From assembly GCA_951406725.2 (NCBI GenBank), contig OX597815.1, forward strand, positions 91,574,001-91,638,000: DNA of 64,000 nt, written 5' to 3'. The notes under the pieces were generated by a model, which did not search any database, was not told where the DNA came from, and saw only the letters and a program-made list of their open reading frames with translations. Below are positions 1 through 13,469 of this stretch, piece by piece (within the stretch, counting starts at the first letter, position 1; each line of letters begins with the position of its first letter). This DNA comes from Octopus vulgaris. Taxonomy: Eukaryota. Both the position numbers and the translations under genes were made by a program.

Positions 1-82
1 CTCCAAGTTTATCTCTTATGTCTTCTTGCCAGACTGGAAAAAAGAACAGATGTAGTCTGTCTGTCTGTCTATCAATATATGC

Positions 83-120
<38 letters not shown>

Positions 121-300
121 ATATCCCATTTTTCTCTTTTTCACTCCTATTTTTCTTTCTCTTTTGCATGTAATATGTATGTGTGTGTATATAAAATGTT
201 TATAAGCATATGCGCACCAGTATGTGTGTGTGTATTATATATATATAGAGAGAGAAAGAGAGATACATACATGCATGAACACATAGACACACACACACAG

Positions 301-556
301 TATTGCTGTCCTCTGATAAAACACGGTAAGTCAACTTATTTTCTTCTTCAGAGAATGGATTCTCAAATTCCTTGGACCTTGCCTTATACATAATTAGAGA
401 TATGATCTTGGAAAATTTTCAACGTTTCATTATGAAGCAACCTATGACACAGAGCAAGTTGAAAAAGCTAGGACTGGATATTTTTTTTTGCAATTTTATG
501 CAATTATCTCAGTTTCTTGTTTTTTGACTTTCTATGTTTTGTCAGAGGAAGGTGTA
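301..556. mobile_element. Tc1/mariner-like MITE
   Basis: ~30-bp imperfect TIRs: tcctctgataaaacacggtaagtcaa versus reverse complement of ttgactttctatgttttgtcagagga; TA at both outer ends. Confidence 0.6.
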
Positions 557-599
557 CATGTATACGGACACAAATATGTAAACCTTGGTGTCAATGAAT

Positions 600-852
600 A
601 TCCAGTTGCTCAATCAACTCAACTTCCTGTTCAGTAAATCACATGGTAAGTGGCTGAGTATTCCACAGGTACTTGCTCCCTTAACATAAACATCCGGCAG
701 GAGTAGCATGACACAGTATGTAATGATGCAAGCTTCTAAAACTTTTGTTTCCTCTTTTTCACTTTGAAAGTTTGCATTGATTCAAAGGCAAGATGGAGTT
801 GAACCCAGAGCCTTATAACTTAGAAGTAAACGTCTAAACCACTCAGACATAC
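600..852 (-). mobile_element. Degraded tRNA-derived SINE
   Basis: Minus strand shows A-box-like tgtctgagtgg and B-box-like ggttcaactcc at ~790-850, followed by a diverged body. Confidence 0.45.
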
Positions 853-1939
853 CATCATTTTTGAGACTCAAATGTATATGTTTATATGTACACAATATGT
901 ATATTAGTATGCCAAGATTACCAAATTTTATTAGTTTAGCAATTTCAGCAGGTGAAATGTTGTTTGAGATTTAATAACATTTAGATAAATTTGTCTATAC
1001 TCATTCTCATTCTATTGAAAACAAAATAATAAAATAAAAGATGATCAAAGTTCAGATGTAAGGAATAACAACAGTCACAGTATTTACTTATGCAGAATTA
1101 ACATGATTAGTGGCATTCAGAAATTTCATTATATCTGTGAGTAGAAGAAATTAGTAACTTAATAAGAGAATATTTGTTGTATGTGTAAAAACCAAACAGA
1201 TGAGAGGATTTCTCATTAAATAAAGGCAAGTTAAATATATTTAAATATTAGATATTGAACATACATGTCTGTGTAGATAACAGTACAAAAGATGTACTAA
1301 ACTCAGTTTAACGTTGATTATGCTTGTCTTAAAAAAAAAGTACTCACTTTGGGACATCACGACACAACTCTCAAAGTAATACTTAACTATGGATTAGGTG
1401 TGGATTTCTCTTTGCATAAGCTTCTCATTATTTATTGTCATTACTGTTCTCTATTAATCTCAGGTCAATCATAAGGGAGCGGATATACGGTCTAAGGCAT
1501 ACCAATTATGACTCTTGTTATTTTGTAATTCTACAACTGCATTATTTTTAGTGGGCCTCTCTTTTTGAAAAATGGTAGGGTGCAATTTTGAATTTAGATT
1601 TAGTTGCTATTTCTTGAAAATTGGGCAACAACATAGAGGTTGTTTCACTGGTTTGTGAGGTTGCTTCTGTGTGTGTGCGTGTGTGTTGCATGCAACATTA
1701 AATTATTGAAATTGTTGATGAAAGGCTCTGGTTAGGCTCCTATGGGAAATTGTGTAAAACTTTAACTGCTGTAAACATTGTTGTCATAGTGGAATAGGCA
1801 CAATATTCAATTTGATGTAAACATGGTTACCATATTGATAATATATTTGCTTTTTTAAACTGTTGCTATACAATAAAAAGGTCACAAGATACAAAGAAAA
1901 TACCCAAATGGTCACTTATCATTACACACACATATACCT

Positions 1940-1940
<1 letters not shown>

Positions 1941-1997
<57 letters not shown>
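1941..1997. repeat. (CT)n microsatellite
   Basis: Perfect CT run, directly visible. Confidence 0.95.
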
Positions 1998-2000
<3 letters not shown>

Positions 2001-2479
2001 CCTCACACACACACACACATGCATGTGTACATTCAGCAAATGCCTTCTAACTTCACTTTAAATTGTACAAATACTTGATCTATCAAACAGCCATACCAGA
2101 CTATAGGGGAAAAAATATGTCTTAATTCAAGATGGTACCATATCATACTTTTTGTTGATTAGTATATACTATGTTGGTCACATCTCAAAGACAGCAATGT
2201 GCAACTGAAAAAAAAAAATGTTTATTATGGCCAGGTAGAGATGAAATCTTTATTTAAAATCCTACATCTGTAGCCATAATATAGAGAACATATGTAGAAT
2301 TAGAAGACCACACTGTAAAGACATACATCAAGGTAAACAGAATACTTTTAAAACTACGAATACATGCAGAGATAAGTGTAATACCACATCCCTTTCAAAA
2401 TACGCTTGGTTTTTAAAAACCAGAAGAAAAATAACATTGCAATAAACTATAGTATTGTTGCAAAGACAAAAATACACAA

Positions 2480-2503
2480 TTTCTTCTCTTTTTCTAGGTA
2501 AGC
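2480..2503 (+). promoter_or_regulatory. Candidate recursive splice site (polypyrimidine-TAG|GTAAGC)
   Basis: tttcttctctttttctag|gtaagc; junction 2497/2498. Confidence 0.4.
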
Positions 2504-4810
2504 ATACTTTCTTTATGCCTATCAGTCATTTTTTATTTTCTTCTTTTTGTTGATTCCATTCATCTCTCTCTACCCTTATTTTCCTTATATTTAATGCACC
2601 ATATAATGGTACTTTTTTGTTGTTTTATCTCTATTTGTATCTTAAATTTGCTTTTGATGGGGTTTCTTCTTATTGTTATAGGCTTGGGATAAGTTTACAG
2701 TCAAAGCATTCACTTTGCAATTACCTTCTCACTGAACAACACATTGTGCAAGTATCTACTACCATACTCTCAGGTTGACCAATAACTTATTTGTAGAATT
2801 TGATAAATGGAAACTATGTGGAAGCCTTCATTTGTATATTTGTGTGTCAGTGTTTTTTGTATTCTTGTGTAAACCTTTTATGGTATTTTCTCTCTAGAAG
2901 GCACATAAATCAAGTTAAACTCAGCCTTTCCGAAAATGTAGATTGATAAAACTGAGTGTCCGACTAAAAGCTAAAGTGGACATAATTGGTTAAAACCATT
3001 GAACATTCCCTAACATGGCTGTAATCTAAGAACTGAAATTGGGAAACACATAAAAGTAAACTGGTTAAGTAGAATGATCAATAACTTATTTCTATAACAT
3101 GTAAATTCTAGAATAGCAAAAAAAAAGACTATTATGTTTATTAATTAACTACTATATCCAGAATATCTTCAATGCAACAGAATTAGGTTGTAAAAAAAAT
3201 TTTATTGTCAATTACATTAAACAAATTCACATTTGTTGAATATTTTTTTTAATCTATTGAAAGCTATCTTATATTATGAGGCATTATTTAAAATTAGTGG
3301 ATATGTAAATAAAAATATGAAATACTGTTGTATATGTTAAATTTTCTGTATGCAGCTTCATAAGGTCTCAATTAAATGAAATTCGGTCTGCTAATGACAA
3401 AAGAAACTGCTGTCCTAATTTAACAACTCTGTGATAATCTCTTTTAGAATTTTACTTCTCAATTGAAGACAGAATTCAATGGAATGTTTTCTGTTGTTGT
3501 TGATGATATTTTTCTCTCCCATTTTGTCTGTTTTCTTTTCTATTTCCTTGTAATCGCTATTATCTAACAAAGAAGAAAATGGAGAGAGGAGTTTCTCTAT
3601 AATTGCTTAAATAATCAATAAATTTAAAGTTTTAATATTTCGACTCAACTCTAATGAGATGTGCTAAATTTTTGGTCCACTCTTTGAGACATCTGATGAA
3701 TTCAAATGCTTTGTTCTCTTAAGAACAGCAAAGAAGAAGAATACGAACTAGTAATTGAAGAATCTCTTCACTTCTGAGAAAAATATGGAATCTATTTTTG
3801 TATCTATAATTACTATGCCATCCTAATGGTTGTGTATTTATTATTCTAACGTATTGCTTTTTATCTAGGTCACAGTAGATAAAACTGGCAGTATATTTTA
3901 TCAATGACACTAGTTATTAAAAATCAGTTCTTTAATGATACAATATTGTGTCAGCTATTAGTCTTGATAACAAATGTAATTTAAGATACAACAAAGGTTT
4001 CTAACAAGCTCAATACAACCTGAACAATAAGCCAATATTTTCTTTTGCTTGGTCATGAAAGCTCATGTATTTCTTTTGATTGTATTTTCCATTTTGTTTT
4101 CTGCCAATAAAGGTATATAGTCTTTTCAATCAACCTTTTATCTTACCAGAACTTATTTTATTACCTCCTCACCTATCCCAGAACAAAGAAAAGCAAAACT
4201 CATCCATGTCTGGATTTTAACTTGGAAATGTCTATCAGCCAGATATAACTTGTAAAGCATGTATATCTATTCGTTATATATCACCATTATCATCATTTTA
4301 CAGCCACTTTCCTTGTTAGCATATTATGGACATTTTGTCATGAAGCAACAAGTTGGAGGACCACATTTGGCTCCAGTGTCAGTTTTTGTGTAATTTCTAT
4401 GGTTGAATGCCTTTCCTAATATCAACTATGTTAGAGATTGTATTGGGTGTTTTTTTCCTGGTAGCAGCATTAATGAGGCAATCTTGAGACTTGTAAGTCT
4501 GAAGAGCTCCCTTGACTGAGGGAAGATCAGAGGTAAAGCAGTTACTATAAGCAACTATATGTATTGTCATCATCATCATCATAATCATTTAATTAATGTC
4601 CATTTTTCCATGCTTTCATGGGTCTGATGGAGTTTATTGGAGCAGATTTTTTTTTAATCCAGATTTCCTTCCCTTCACTCACCCTTATGTTTTCAAACAA
4701 AGTAATAGTTCTCTGTGACCAGACATATTTTTGCAGAATATTGAAAAATGAATGGTTTTAATTTACAACAATCTCACAATATCAAGACAGGAAAACACAA
4801 ACATGCACAC

Positions 4811-4863
<53 letters not shown>

Positions 4864-5003
4864 TATATATATACATACATATATATATATATATGTGTAT
4901 ATATATATATACACCCACACACAGATATATACACATATATATATATGTCCAACCCATGCTAGCATGGAAAATGGACAGTAAACGATGATGATGATATATA
5001 TAT

Positions 5004-5034
<31 letters not shown>

Positions 5035-5045
5035 AATATACATAT

Positions 5046-5276
5046 ATTGGTTTCATGTTAAGAACATAGCCCAATGTCTTAACAATTTTTCAAGCCAATC
5101 ACTTGGAGAAATGTGTTCACCTCCATTTTGGAAAACACACCCTCATTTAGTTCACAGAAATTTTCGGGAGGCTCCACAAGCTAAATGAGTCTGTGAAAAC
5201 CTTTCTTTATGTGATCAGCTTGAAAAATTGTTAAGACACTAGGATATTTTCCTACTTTTCTTAACATGAAACCAAT
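5046..5276. repeat. Fold-back inverted repeat (MITE-like)
   Basis: attggtttcatgttaagaa...tgtcttaacaatttttcaagc mirrored by gcttgaaaaattgttaagaca...ttcttaacatgaaaccaat; inner ctcatttag/ctaaatgag pair. Confidence 0.8.
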
Positions 5277-5978
5277 GGTAGCCTTAATTCCCAAATGAAG
5301 AAATTATAACCAGCAATGCAGTGTTGAGCACTCATTTTCATCATTCAACCGTTACATAAATATACATACATATATGTATGTACATATACATATATATATA
5401 TAAAACTAGACCACAGGTGTTAAATTGATGTTATGAAATTAATATCCAATTTTTCACCCTCATTTTAATTTTATATATATATACACATACATATGTATAT
5501 ACATAGTTTTATGCACACGCACACACATATGACTATATCTGTTTATAGGTTTGATCCCACTTTATGGTATCTTGAGCAAATGGCTTTACCAAAGTCAAAA
5601 TAATTCCAAGCCTTATCGATGTGATTAGGCTGGCAGAAACTGTGTAGAAACTCATCAGATAGCTTTTACCTGTACTTCAAAGATCCAGCCTCATTACATT
5701 ATGTTACAGTGATTATTAAGTTGAGAATTACATTAAGCGTACTCATGTAAAATACTCATCCACTTCATCCATTTACATACTAATTTAACTCATCAGTCAT
5801 TGATCAAACAGCTGAATGCTCCTCATTAACACCAATGATAGAGCCATCATATATACATATATATATGTATATATATATCATATATACATATATATATGTG
5901 TGTGTGTACCATTTTCCACTCTATATTTAATGATGTTCTCATCATGTCCATTATGTCATTAGAACAATATTGATTTGC

Positions 5979-6270
5979 TACAAAAGAGGCCTTTCCCATG
6001 CATCACCAAAGTGCTTTGTCCCTGTGTCTGTTGTTGTTGTTGATGGAGAAGCAACAAGAAGTAACTCAAGTGTGTATCCTCCCTTGAATTACTAGATGAA
6101 TATGAAGTATTCAATGGTGTTCCAATGAATACTTTATATTCATTTACTGATTCATAAGAGGATGCACAGTTGACTTATTTCCTGTTGCTTCTCCATCAAC
6201 AACAACAACAACAACAACAGACACATGGACAATGAATTTCATTGATGGATGAGGAAAAGCTTATTTTGTA
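5979..6270. repeat. Long, nearly spacer-less palindrome
   Basis: tgtgtctg(ttg)n atggagaagcaaca...gaatatgaagtattca mirrored by tgaatactttatattc...tgttgcttctccat(caa)n cagacaca; loop about 6114-6125. Confidence 0.85.
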
Positions 6271-6717
6271 TCCAGCCAGTATACCAAAGTCAGAATAAAA
6301 GATCAGGTTCTACTATTCTAATGTACCAATGTACTCTCTGTTATTTTGTTTACTGGTAAGACACAGTATCTGAGAAAACTGTGAGTTGTCTGTTGGAAAT
6401 AGTAATTCTTAATCACACTGAAACTGAAAATTTTCTGTTTTATCATTTGATCTTGTCCATGTTAATACATCAACGTAGTCAGCACCATTAGTCACATGTA
6501 CACTAAAGTGTTACGTCAATAATGATAAGTTGAGCTTTTTTTTTTGTTTTGTTATTTGTATCTCTTTTCCATTATTTACCTTTTGAATTACATTAACCTC
6601 TTATCCATTTGAACCCATATTATTTATATTCTTCTCCTTGGTACTTTATGCCACTTGTCTGTGATGTTTGGTTTGCACAACTAAAATATAAACGGGTTGT
6701 GATAAAACTATTTTCAG

Positions 6718-6733
6718 TATAAAGATGTCCAAG
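6718..6733 (+). other. Candidate 16-nt microexon
   Basis: tattttcag|TATAAAGATGTCCAAG|gtgagt; strong donor, short pyrimidine tract; phase does not fit the preferred downstream frame. Confidence 0.25.
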
Positions 6734-7978
6734 GTGAGTTGCTTGTCAATATAGCAAAATGTATAGAAACTGTAAAATAACAGTCTCTGATTTATGAGAT
6801 GGGCAGGCAGATATTTACTTGAGTGTGGGATAGGCTCTGGCAAGCATGCTTTCTTAAAATACATTATATGACAAAGTTTTGAAATAGCTTCCTCATTACC
6901 CAGCTGGTTATAGCGTTCAGTCCTTGAGTTCACATTGTAAAACAAAGCATTTTATTTGAGGCACTTGTGGGTTATATTTACTGATTTTATCTATAACATA
7001 TTTATTCACTGACTTGCATTTCAGTCATCAGCATTCTTTTCAAGAACATTCTTTCTAATCTTTGGTTTGCATTGATGAAACAGGTCTGATAAAATTTCTC
7101 TCTTTCTCTCTCTTCTCTTCCTCCCTTTCTCTCCCTCTTTTTCATTGCCTCCCAACACTAATGGAAGTGTTTAATTTCATATTGAACGAGCTTATTTTAA
7201 AGAAGTGGGAGAAAACAAATTGTTGGGAAAATATGATTGAGGATAAGATGACTAGGTTAGATTAAACTTGCCAATATAACAATCATAATAGAAACATTTG
7301 TGTAGAATAACAGACTAATTAATGTTATTTCATCTCATAATATTCTTTCTGTGTTTACGGCAAGGTTTATGTTATAAACTTTGCTTTGGAAGCGCATATT
7401 TACTTAGATAAGCATCAACTATTTTCTGAAACATTTATCTAGGTTCTTTATATACATCAAATATGTTCAAAGTGAAAATGTGTTCTTGTGGTTCAGACAA
7501 GTCTGGTGGTTCCATCTAGCTCAGGAGTCTTTGATTGCCCCAATGAAGGTTTTAATAAAAAGCTACAATCTATCTTCTTTTTTTTTATCCATTTCTACAA
7601 CATAAAAGAAGTTATCTTTGCAATACTGATGAATCTGCCAGCACTGTTGGTCTGTATCCATGACAAGGTCAACAGTTTCACTATATCTTGAACACCATGT
7701 AGCTAGACTCTCATTAAATTGTGAAATATATGTCTGTCACAAAGCTCCCAAAGTATGATTGGGCTCTGTAACTTGATTGTTGTGATTAAAAAAATATTCC
7801 CAGTAGTATATACAGTCTTCTCAAAGCATGTCCAATCAAAATTAATCTCTTGAAACATAAAATACTATCAGCTGAGAAAATCTGCACTCTTACAATTAGC
7901 CATTCATTATTCTTTGTGGAAAATAAAGCAAGACAATTTACAAGAAAAATTGCAGTATTTAAAAGTTTAGCTTTCGGG

Positions 7979-8094
7979 TGCAGTTTTATGACATCAGTAT
8001 AGTTGGATCAGTGCAGTTTTATGACACCGATATCATTCTAAGACACCAGTTTTATCAACATGAGTTTATGACACAAGTACAATTTTAAGACATC
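7979..8094. repeat. Degenerate short repeat array, core cagttttatgacac (about 6 copies)
   Basis: Copies near 7981, 8014, 8034, 8047, 8062 and 8080. Confidence 0.75.
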
Positions 8095-8449
8095 TAAGTG
8101 CATTTTAGAATGCATTCATTAGATGGTAAAGCAAATTTCAATCATAATAATTTCTTTGCTAAAGAATTATCTCTGTACTTTTCAATTTCTTTCCATCAAC
8201 AATCACATGCATACTTACAGATGGGTATACATACATACACGCACACATGTTCATATACACTCACACTGAAATTCATTGCTAAATAATCATACATTGTCAT
8301 TTGTCTTTAGCATTTTTACAAATATTTCAGTATCTATCTCCGTACAGCTTAGGCTCTCTTTACTAAGTCTTATCACTGTATCGTGTTTCTTACAGCTGAA
8401 CATCTAATATGGTTCTCGTGCAGCCCCTCTAAGAGGATGTAATAAAGCT

Positions 8450-8520
8450 GCTTACCAATTCTTACCTGATGAAAGCGAAGAATTGAATGAAATAGCATAA
8501 AGAAAGAATGAATAGAAAAC
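8450..8520 (-). promoter_or_regulatory. Candidate recursive splice site or 10-nt microexon with tandem donors
   Basis: Minus strand: long pyrimidine tract ...ttcttcgctttcatcag|GTAAGAATTG|gtaagc; junction 8466/8465, second donor at 8455. Confidence 0.45.
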
Positions 8521-11500
8521 AAAAATAGTTACTATAATAAAATTAATAACTCAACAAGAATAAACCAGTTTATTTCTACTGACAGCCAGTTTAGCTGTGC
8601 TAAGGATACAGCATTCCTTAGAATCAATCAATTTCAAGTGAAATTCAGTTTCAGCTTGTTCAGTACCACTCTATGGTTTTTGTTTAGGAGATTTTATGTC
8701 TAGAATCAAAGATGAAGTTTACGAGAAATGATGCTTTATGTAAAGTTTCTATCTTCTCGTTAAAACAGTCAATAATCTTTGGCAAGTTGAATATTAAAGT
8801 TTGTTTTGTTTTTTTTCCACCCCCTAAGTTAAATCTCTTTGTGCTCTATATTTACTATCAAACTTTCCTCACATTTTTAATGGTTATGTTATGATGAGCA
8901 ATTTGTCTTACCCCAGTGACAAAATATCTATGAACTGAATTGTTCAGTGCATTTAAACGTGAAAAAATTGATATAATTCTGTTAAGTACTTCACAAATCA
9001 ATAAATTTGTATACCTTCTATCACAAAGAATGGTTAGCAGAATTAGTAGAAATCAGTAGAATGTAGTATTTGGTTATGTCCCTTTCAGTTAAAAGTTCAA
9101 ACACCACTCAGGTTAAATTAAATAACTCAAATACCGGCCAACTACTGCAGATCAATGTAATGGATTAGTACCCCAGAGTGGCCATAGTCCAATGATTAAA
9201 AACAGTAAAAACATACATGGAAAGCAGTCAAAGTCATTAGAGCATCAGCTGATTTGTGTATTTGTTCTGGCTCTCTGCATTTTCACCTGTTGATATCAAC
9301 TTTGCCATTCCTCCTTTCAGGGTTGAATAATAGAATATCAGTTCAGAGCATTAGATTGGCATCAACCCCAATGCCTTGAAGCATTTGTTCTTCACATTCA
9401 AGTTCAAATTTCACCTTGAATCTTGGTGGATATGGCCAAGTCTAATCATCACTGACCATCACACTGTTGATTGTCATGGACATATAGGCCAATAACCAGT
9501 GGTGGATAAAAGACAATTGAATGGAGTGGAAACTGGCACCATATTTGACCATTTATTCTTACAACTCTGTGAACTATGCACTTATTTCAAACAAATGTTG
9601 TTTTAAATTTTGTGCAACATTTGGTTTACTTGCTACATTGATTGCACACAATATTTGCACATACACACACATTCAAGCATGGTTTAGAGAGGGCTTTTGT
9701 TAATCCAACATCAAGGAAATCACTATTTTAATTGCAATATCAAAAAACATTTATCTCAATTAAAATTGTTTGCATGGGTCATTAAAAATGCTGATTTTAC
9801 CCACATCTTCTTCAAGATATGGTCAGATTTTATCTTTAGCAACAGAGATAGTATAGTTGTTGTTATACCAACACTTCTTTTTGCTTCCAATATAAAGCCT
9901 ATACCATAACTCATTTGTAAAGTTCAACAAAAAATCTTGTAACAATTTAGTTATATTTGATAAAGACTTATCCACCATCTAAAGGTAACAATTACACAGC
10001 TTTTTCAATCATTTTTCTGTCTTAGAAATGGTGTTACCTAGACTTGATTTCAAATCATCCAAACTCAATAGATTTCTTTTATCATTGTGGCATTGATCCT
10101 TAGTGTGCAGTGATGCTAATAATATGTTAATATGCTAAATGATGGCAATGCAATGAATGATGATAATAATAGTGATGAGGGAGTGTGATAATGATGGCAA
10201 GAGATGAGCACAAAGCTTTGTTATTGATCTTTCAGTATGTAATGATGGTGGTGGTGGTGGTAATGATGGTAATGATTATAGAGATTAAGTAGTTCTCTAT
10301 ATCATGTATGTGATCTTCATAATGGAAAAGAACCATTAGAAGTTATATTTTTTTCTTTTCCAAGACAAACTTTACAAATGTCAAGTTTATAAGAAATTCA
10401 GTGGAGTGAATCAGAAAACACAAATTACACTGTTGTTTCCACCCCACCATCCCCAGTAATCTAACCTGGCATAGTTGCATATAAAAGTTGGGGTTTTTTT
10501 TATAAAAAAAAAAATCACTAAAATTGTTTTTCATGCAAATGTGCTAGGAAGTTTAGTTGAATGACTGAATTTTCTGTAAATGATTTTCATTGATGTCTGC
10601 TTGAAAATAGAGGGAAAATAAATTCCAGCTATGAAAGGTGTCGAATATAAAGTTAAGTGACTGTATGTACTAGGTGGAAAGAAGAAAATATATGTTACTG
10701 TTTCTTCTTTAGATAAAGCTAGCCTTGGATAATGTTCATATTGACAACCTATTTAAAAACACCCATAAATTTCAATATTAATCTCTTCAGCTTCAGTGTT
10801 GCAGCTGAGAAAACTTCACTGACTGAAATCTCATTCATCACCTTAGCATCCATTAGATTGCCGTTATGACCAATCATAAGCCATTCTGTAATCAATATGA
10901 CATATAAACATTAAAATAGGTAGGAAAGAGAGGGAGATGATTCAGTTTGTTTCTATAGTTTTTTTTTTTTTTTTAAATCATTGAGTATGTGATTCACAGA
11001 TGACTTTCTCTTCTTTTTTTTTTGTTCTTTTTTATATACATCTATTCACAACTAACCAAAATCTCTATCACATTTCAGCTGTCATATAAACACTTTTCCT
11101 CTTTTCTGGGTCCCCTCCTCCAAGTTTGTGTTTGCTTTTACATTTTTCTGTTTTCTTTCTTTCTTTTCTCTTTTTTCCCCCCTTGTACATTTATCAGTAA
11201 ACAAATTTTTTCTCTAAAAGTTTATGCAAAATAGTCGCACCTATTTTCTTTACATCTTTAATTCAATTATTTGTTGAGAAAAATAGAAAATTTAGCACTC
11301 ATCTACCTGGTTGCCTTTTCTGTTTTTATCTTTTGTTTTAACCTTTTTGTTTAATTTTGTCTTCTTGACTTTTGTCTTGCCTCCTGCAGTCTTTGTTTTT
11401 CCATTTATTATTAATAAAAATATTTTGTGAGCATAAAAAATAGAAAAATAGAATATATAAAAAATGGAGAACAAAAAGGAAAAGTTGTTAGAATAGAAGA

Positions 11501-12560
11501 AAAAAAAATATCATGATGAAATCAATGGTAACCAAACTTTTTTCTCCTAGGCAATTTTTAGATACATACAGCAAAAAACAATAAAGAAGTTCTCTCATAT
11601 AGCAAGGTAGTGAAACTTGATAATGAAACTTTGTGAAGAAAAATAATTTATAAGGTTGTAACACTGCTATAAGCAGTGTCATACATTTTGGCGGGGAAGG
11701 GAAAAAAATATTTACATTTTCCTAATATATATTTATTTAATTATAACACCGTATTTTGTTTCTGCTGTGTAAAACTGTTTATAACAGAGGATTCTTGTGT
11801 GGGGAAATTACTATGATTCTTTCAAGAAAATGTAAATGTGGTTTATGAAATTATGCTTAGAGATTTTCTGGCAAAAAGTGAAGTCTCTATTATTCATTTA
11901 TCTATTGTCTATAAGACAGTCTTACTGAGAGTTTAACCTCCCAATGATCCTGTCAGTTTCAATATACTCAATGAAGTTTTCTGTTATTTGCACTATTATC
12001 TTAGAACTACTTGGAACTCAGTTGTACTAGATGACAAAATACTTGTTAATTATATAATGCTTCTACTAGTGAGATGATCTTATCTATGATACATATCTAT
12101 TGTAAGCTTATTTGAAACAGTAAGAAAGACGTGGCTCAGCAATTCACACATCACAACACCATTTAATCTATTTGTATATCCAAAATGTCCAATTGGTTCA
12201 TAACTTTGATTTCAGTATTAAATAAATTGGTAAAATCTCTTTCTGAATAATACGCCAGTCTTCCACAAGTAACTTTTCCAGAAATTCTTAAACCTATTTC
12301 TATGCCAAGTAACCTAAAGACTGTTGTATAAAGTGTCTTGCTCCAGTGGGAACGAAATAGCAACAGTAGATTTGAACCCATAAGCCATAAGCTTTAAAAT
12401 ATTCTCTTGTCCATCATCAGCTTGAAGCCTACCCTCCATCAACTCAGCCATCTATAACTATGAACATTAGTGTGATCAGAGTGTGAAGTCAGGCTTGTTG
12501 GTTCTGTGATAAATGTGATATGTTTGAAGTCAGCTTTATGTTATGCCTCTTATTTCCTAG

Positions 12561-12677
12561 CACACCAAATACTGGGGTCTTACACACTACTAATGTATGT
12601 AGCCACTGTCCGCATCAATATGCAGGTACTATTAACTCTGCAGTTCACCCTGCTTCATTTATTGCACATAATTCTCG
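12561..12677 (+). CDS. Candidate internal coding exon (117 nt): (S)TPNTGVLHTTNVCSHCPHQYAGTINSAVHPASFIAHNS(R)
   Basis: ctcttatttcctag acceptor, gtacgg donor, length 3n, open frame, non-repetitive and CpG-retaining sequence; protein not recognised. Confidence 0.5.
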
Positions 12678-12840
12678 GTACGGAATATTCATTCAATGTA
12701 TTGTATAGTATTAAGTGAATCATGAACCATAAAGATTACGCACCAGTTTTTATTGTTCTAGCCTCTTCTAAACAATAGTATTCATCTGATAGCTTTTATA
12801 GACATAAGCTATTGTCTTTGACTGCTTCTGTTGAAATTAG

Positions 12841-12895
12841 CAGCTTACGAAACAGCACCGGTGTTAGCAGTAATCTACCGGCTGCACTTCATTAG
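12841..12895 (+). CDS. Candidate alternative terminal exon: (R)SLRNSTGVSSNLPAALH*
   Basis: gactgcttctgttgaaattag|cag (NAGNAG) acceptor in phase with the 12561-12677 exon; TAG at 12893-12895; downstream ~200 nt is complex and CpG-retaining; possible donor at 12994. Confidence 0.4.
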
Positions 12896-13469
12896 CTGGA
12901 TTTCAATTTATCTACAGTCTGTCACTTTACTTAAGCACATTACTGGAATTACCAGCTTAACCAACCCTCTGGGCTGCTACATTAGCAAGCCTGGTAATTA
13001 TTTCTGCTAAGCCAAGCAGAATCGATGCATGGAGAAGTTAGGTCGGGTGTTAATTGACTTTCGTCTCTAATGGTGGTACACTAATTGCACTTTTCTACAT
13101 AGTAAAATATCTTTCAATGTATTTCACACTATTTTATACTATCAAAGTTACGGTTTTAATAATTTATGAATTTCTTATTTTGCTTCTGTTGCCATTTCTA
13201 ATAGTACAAACACTCTTGTCACACATACAAATGCATTCATCATACACATATGCACAGAAACTTACATATTATTTTCATAGATGAATTTTTCAAAACAACT
13301 TAACACTGACATTTTTCTTATTCAAGGTATGATTTTTCTGACATGGGTGTTAGTGAGATAACCAGTCAGAATTTGGGCAGTAAGTCAGTCAATTGTACAG
13401 TGTATGGTATGTGAGTTAGCTTTACAATGTAGCAGATTAAAAACTAAACAGAATATGATCAGATGGTTG

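Noticed and set aside
352-527. Exon-like open frame after ttcttcttcag
   Set aside because: Lies inside a TIR-bounded MITE
1348-1386. 39-nt minus-strand exon candidate with gtgagt donor
   Set aside because: The acceptor has almost no pyrimidine tract; insufficient support
13040-13100. miR-92-like aggtcggg...aattgcact
   Set aside because: The arms do not pair into a pre-miRNA hairpin; similarity is limited to the seed
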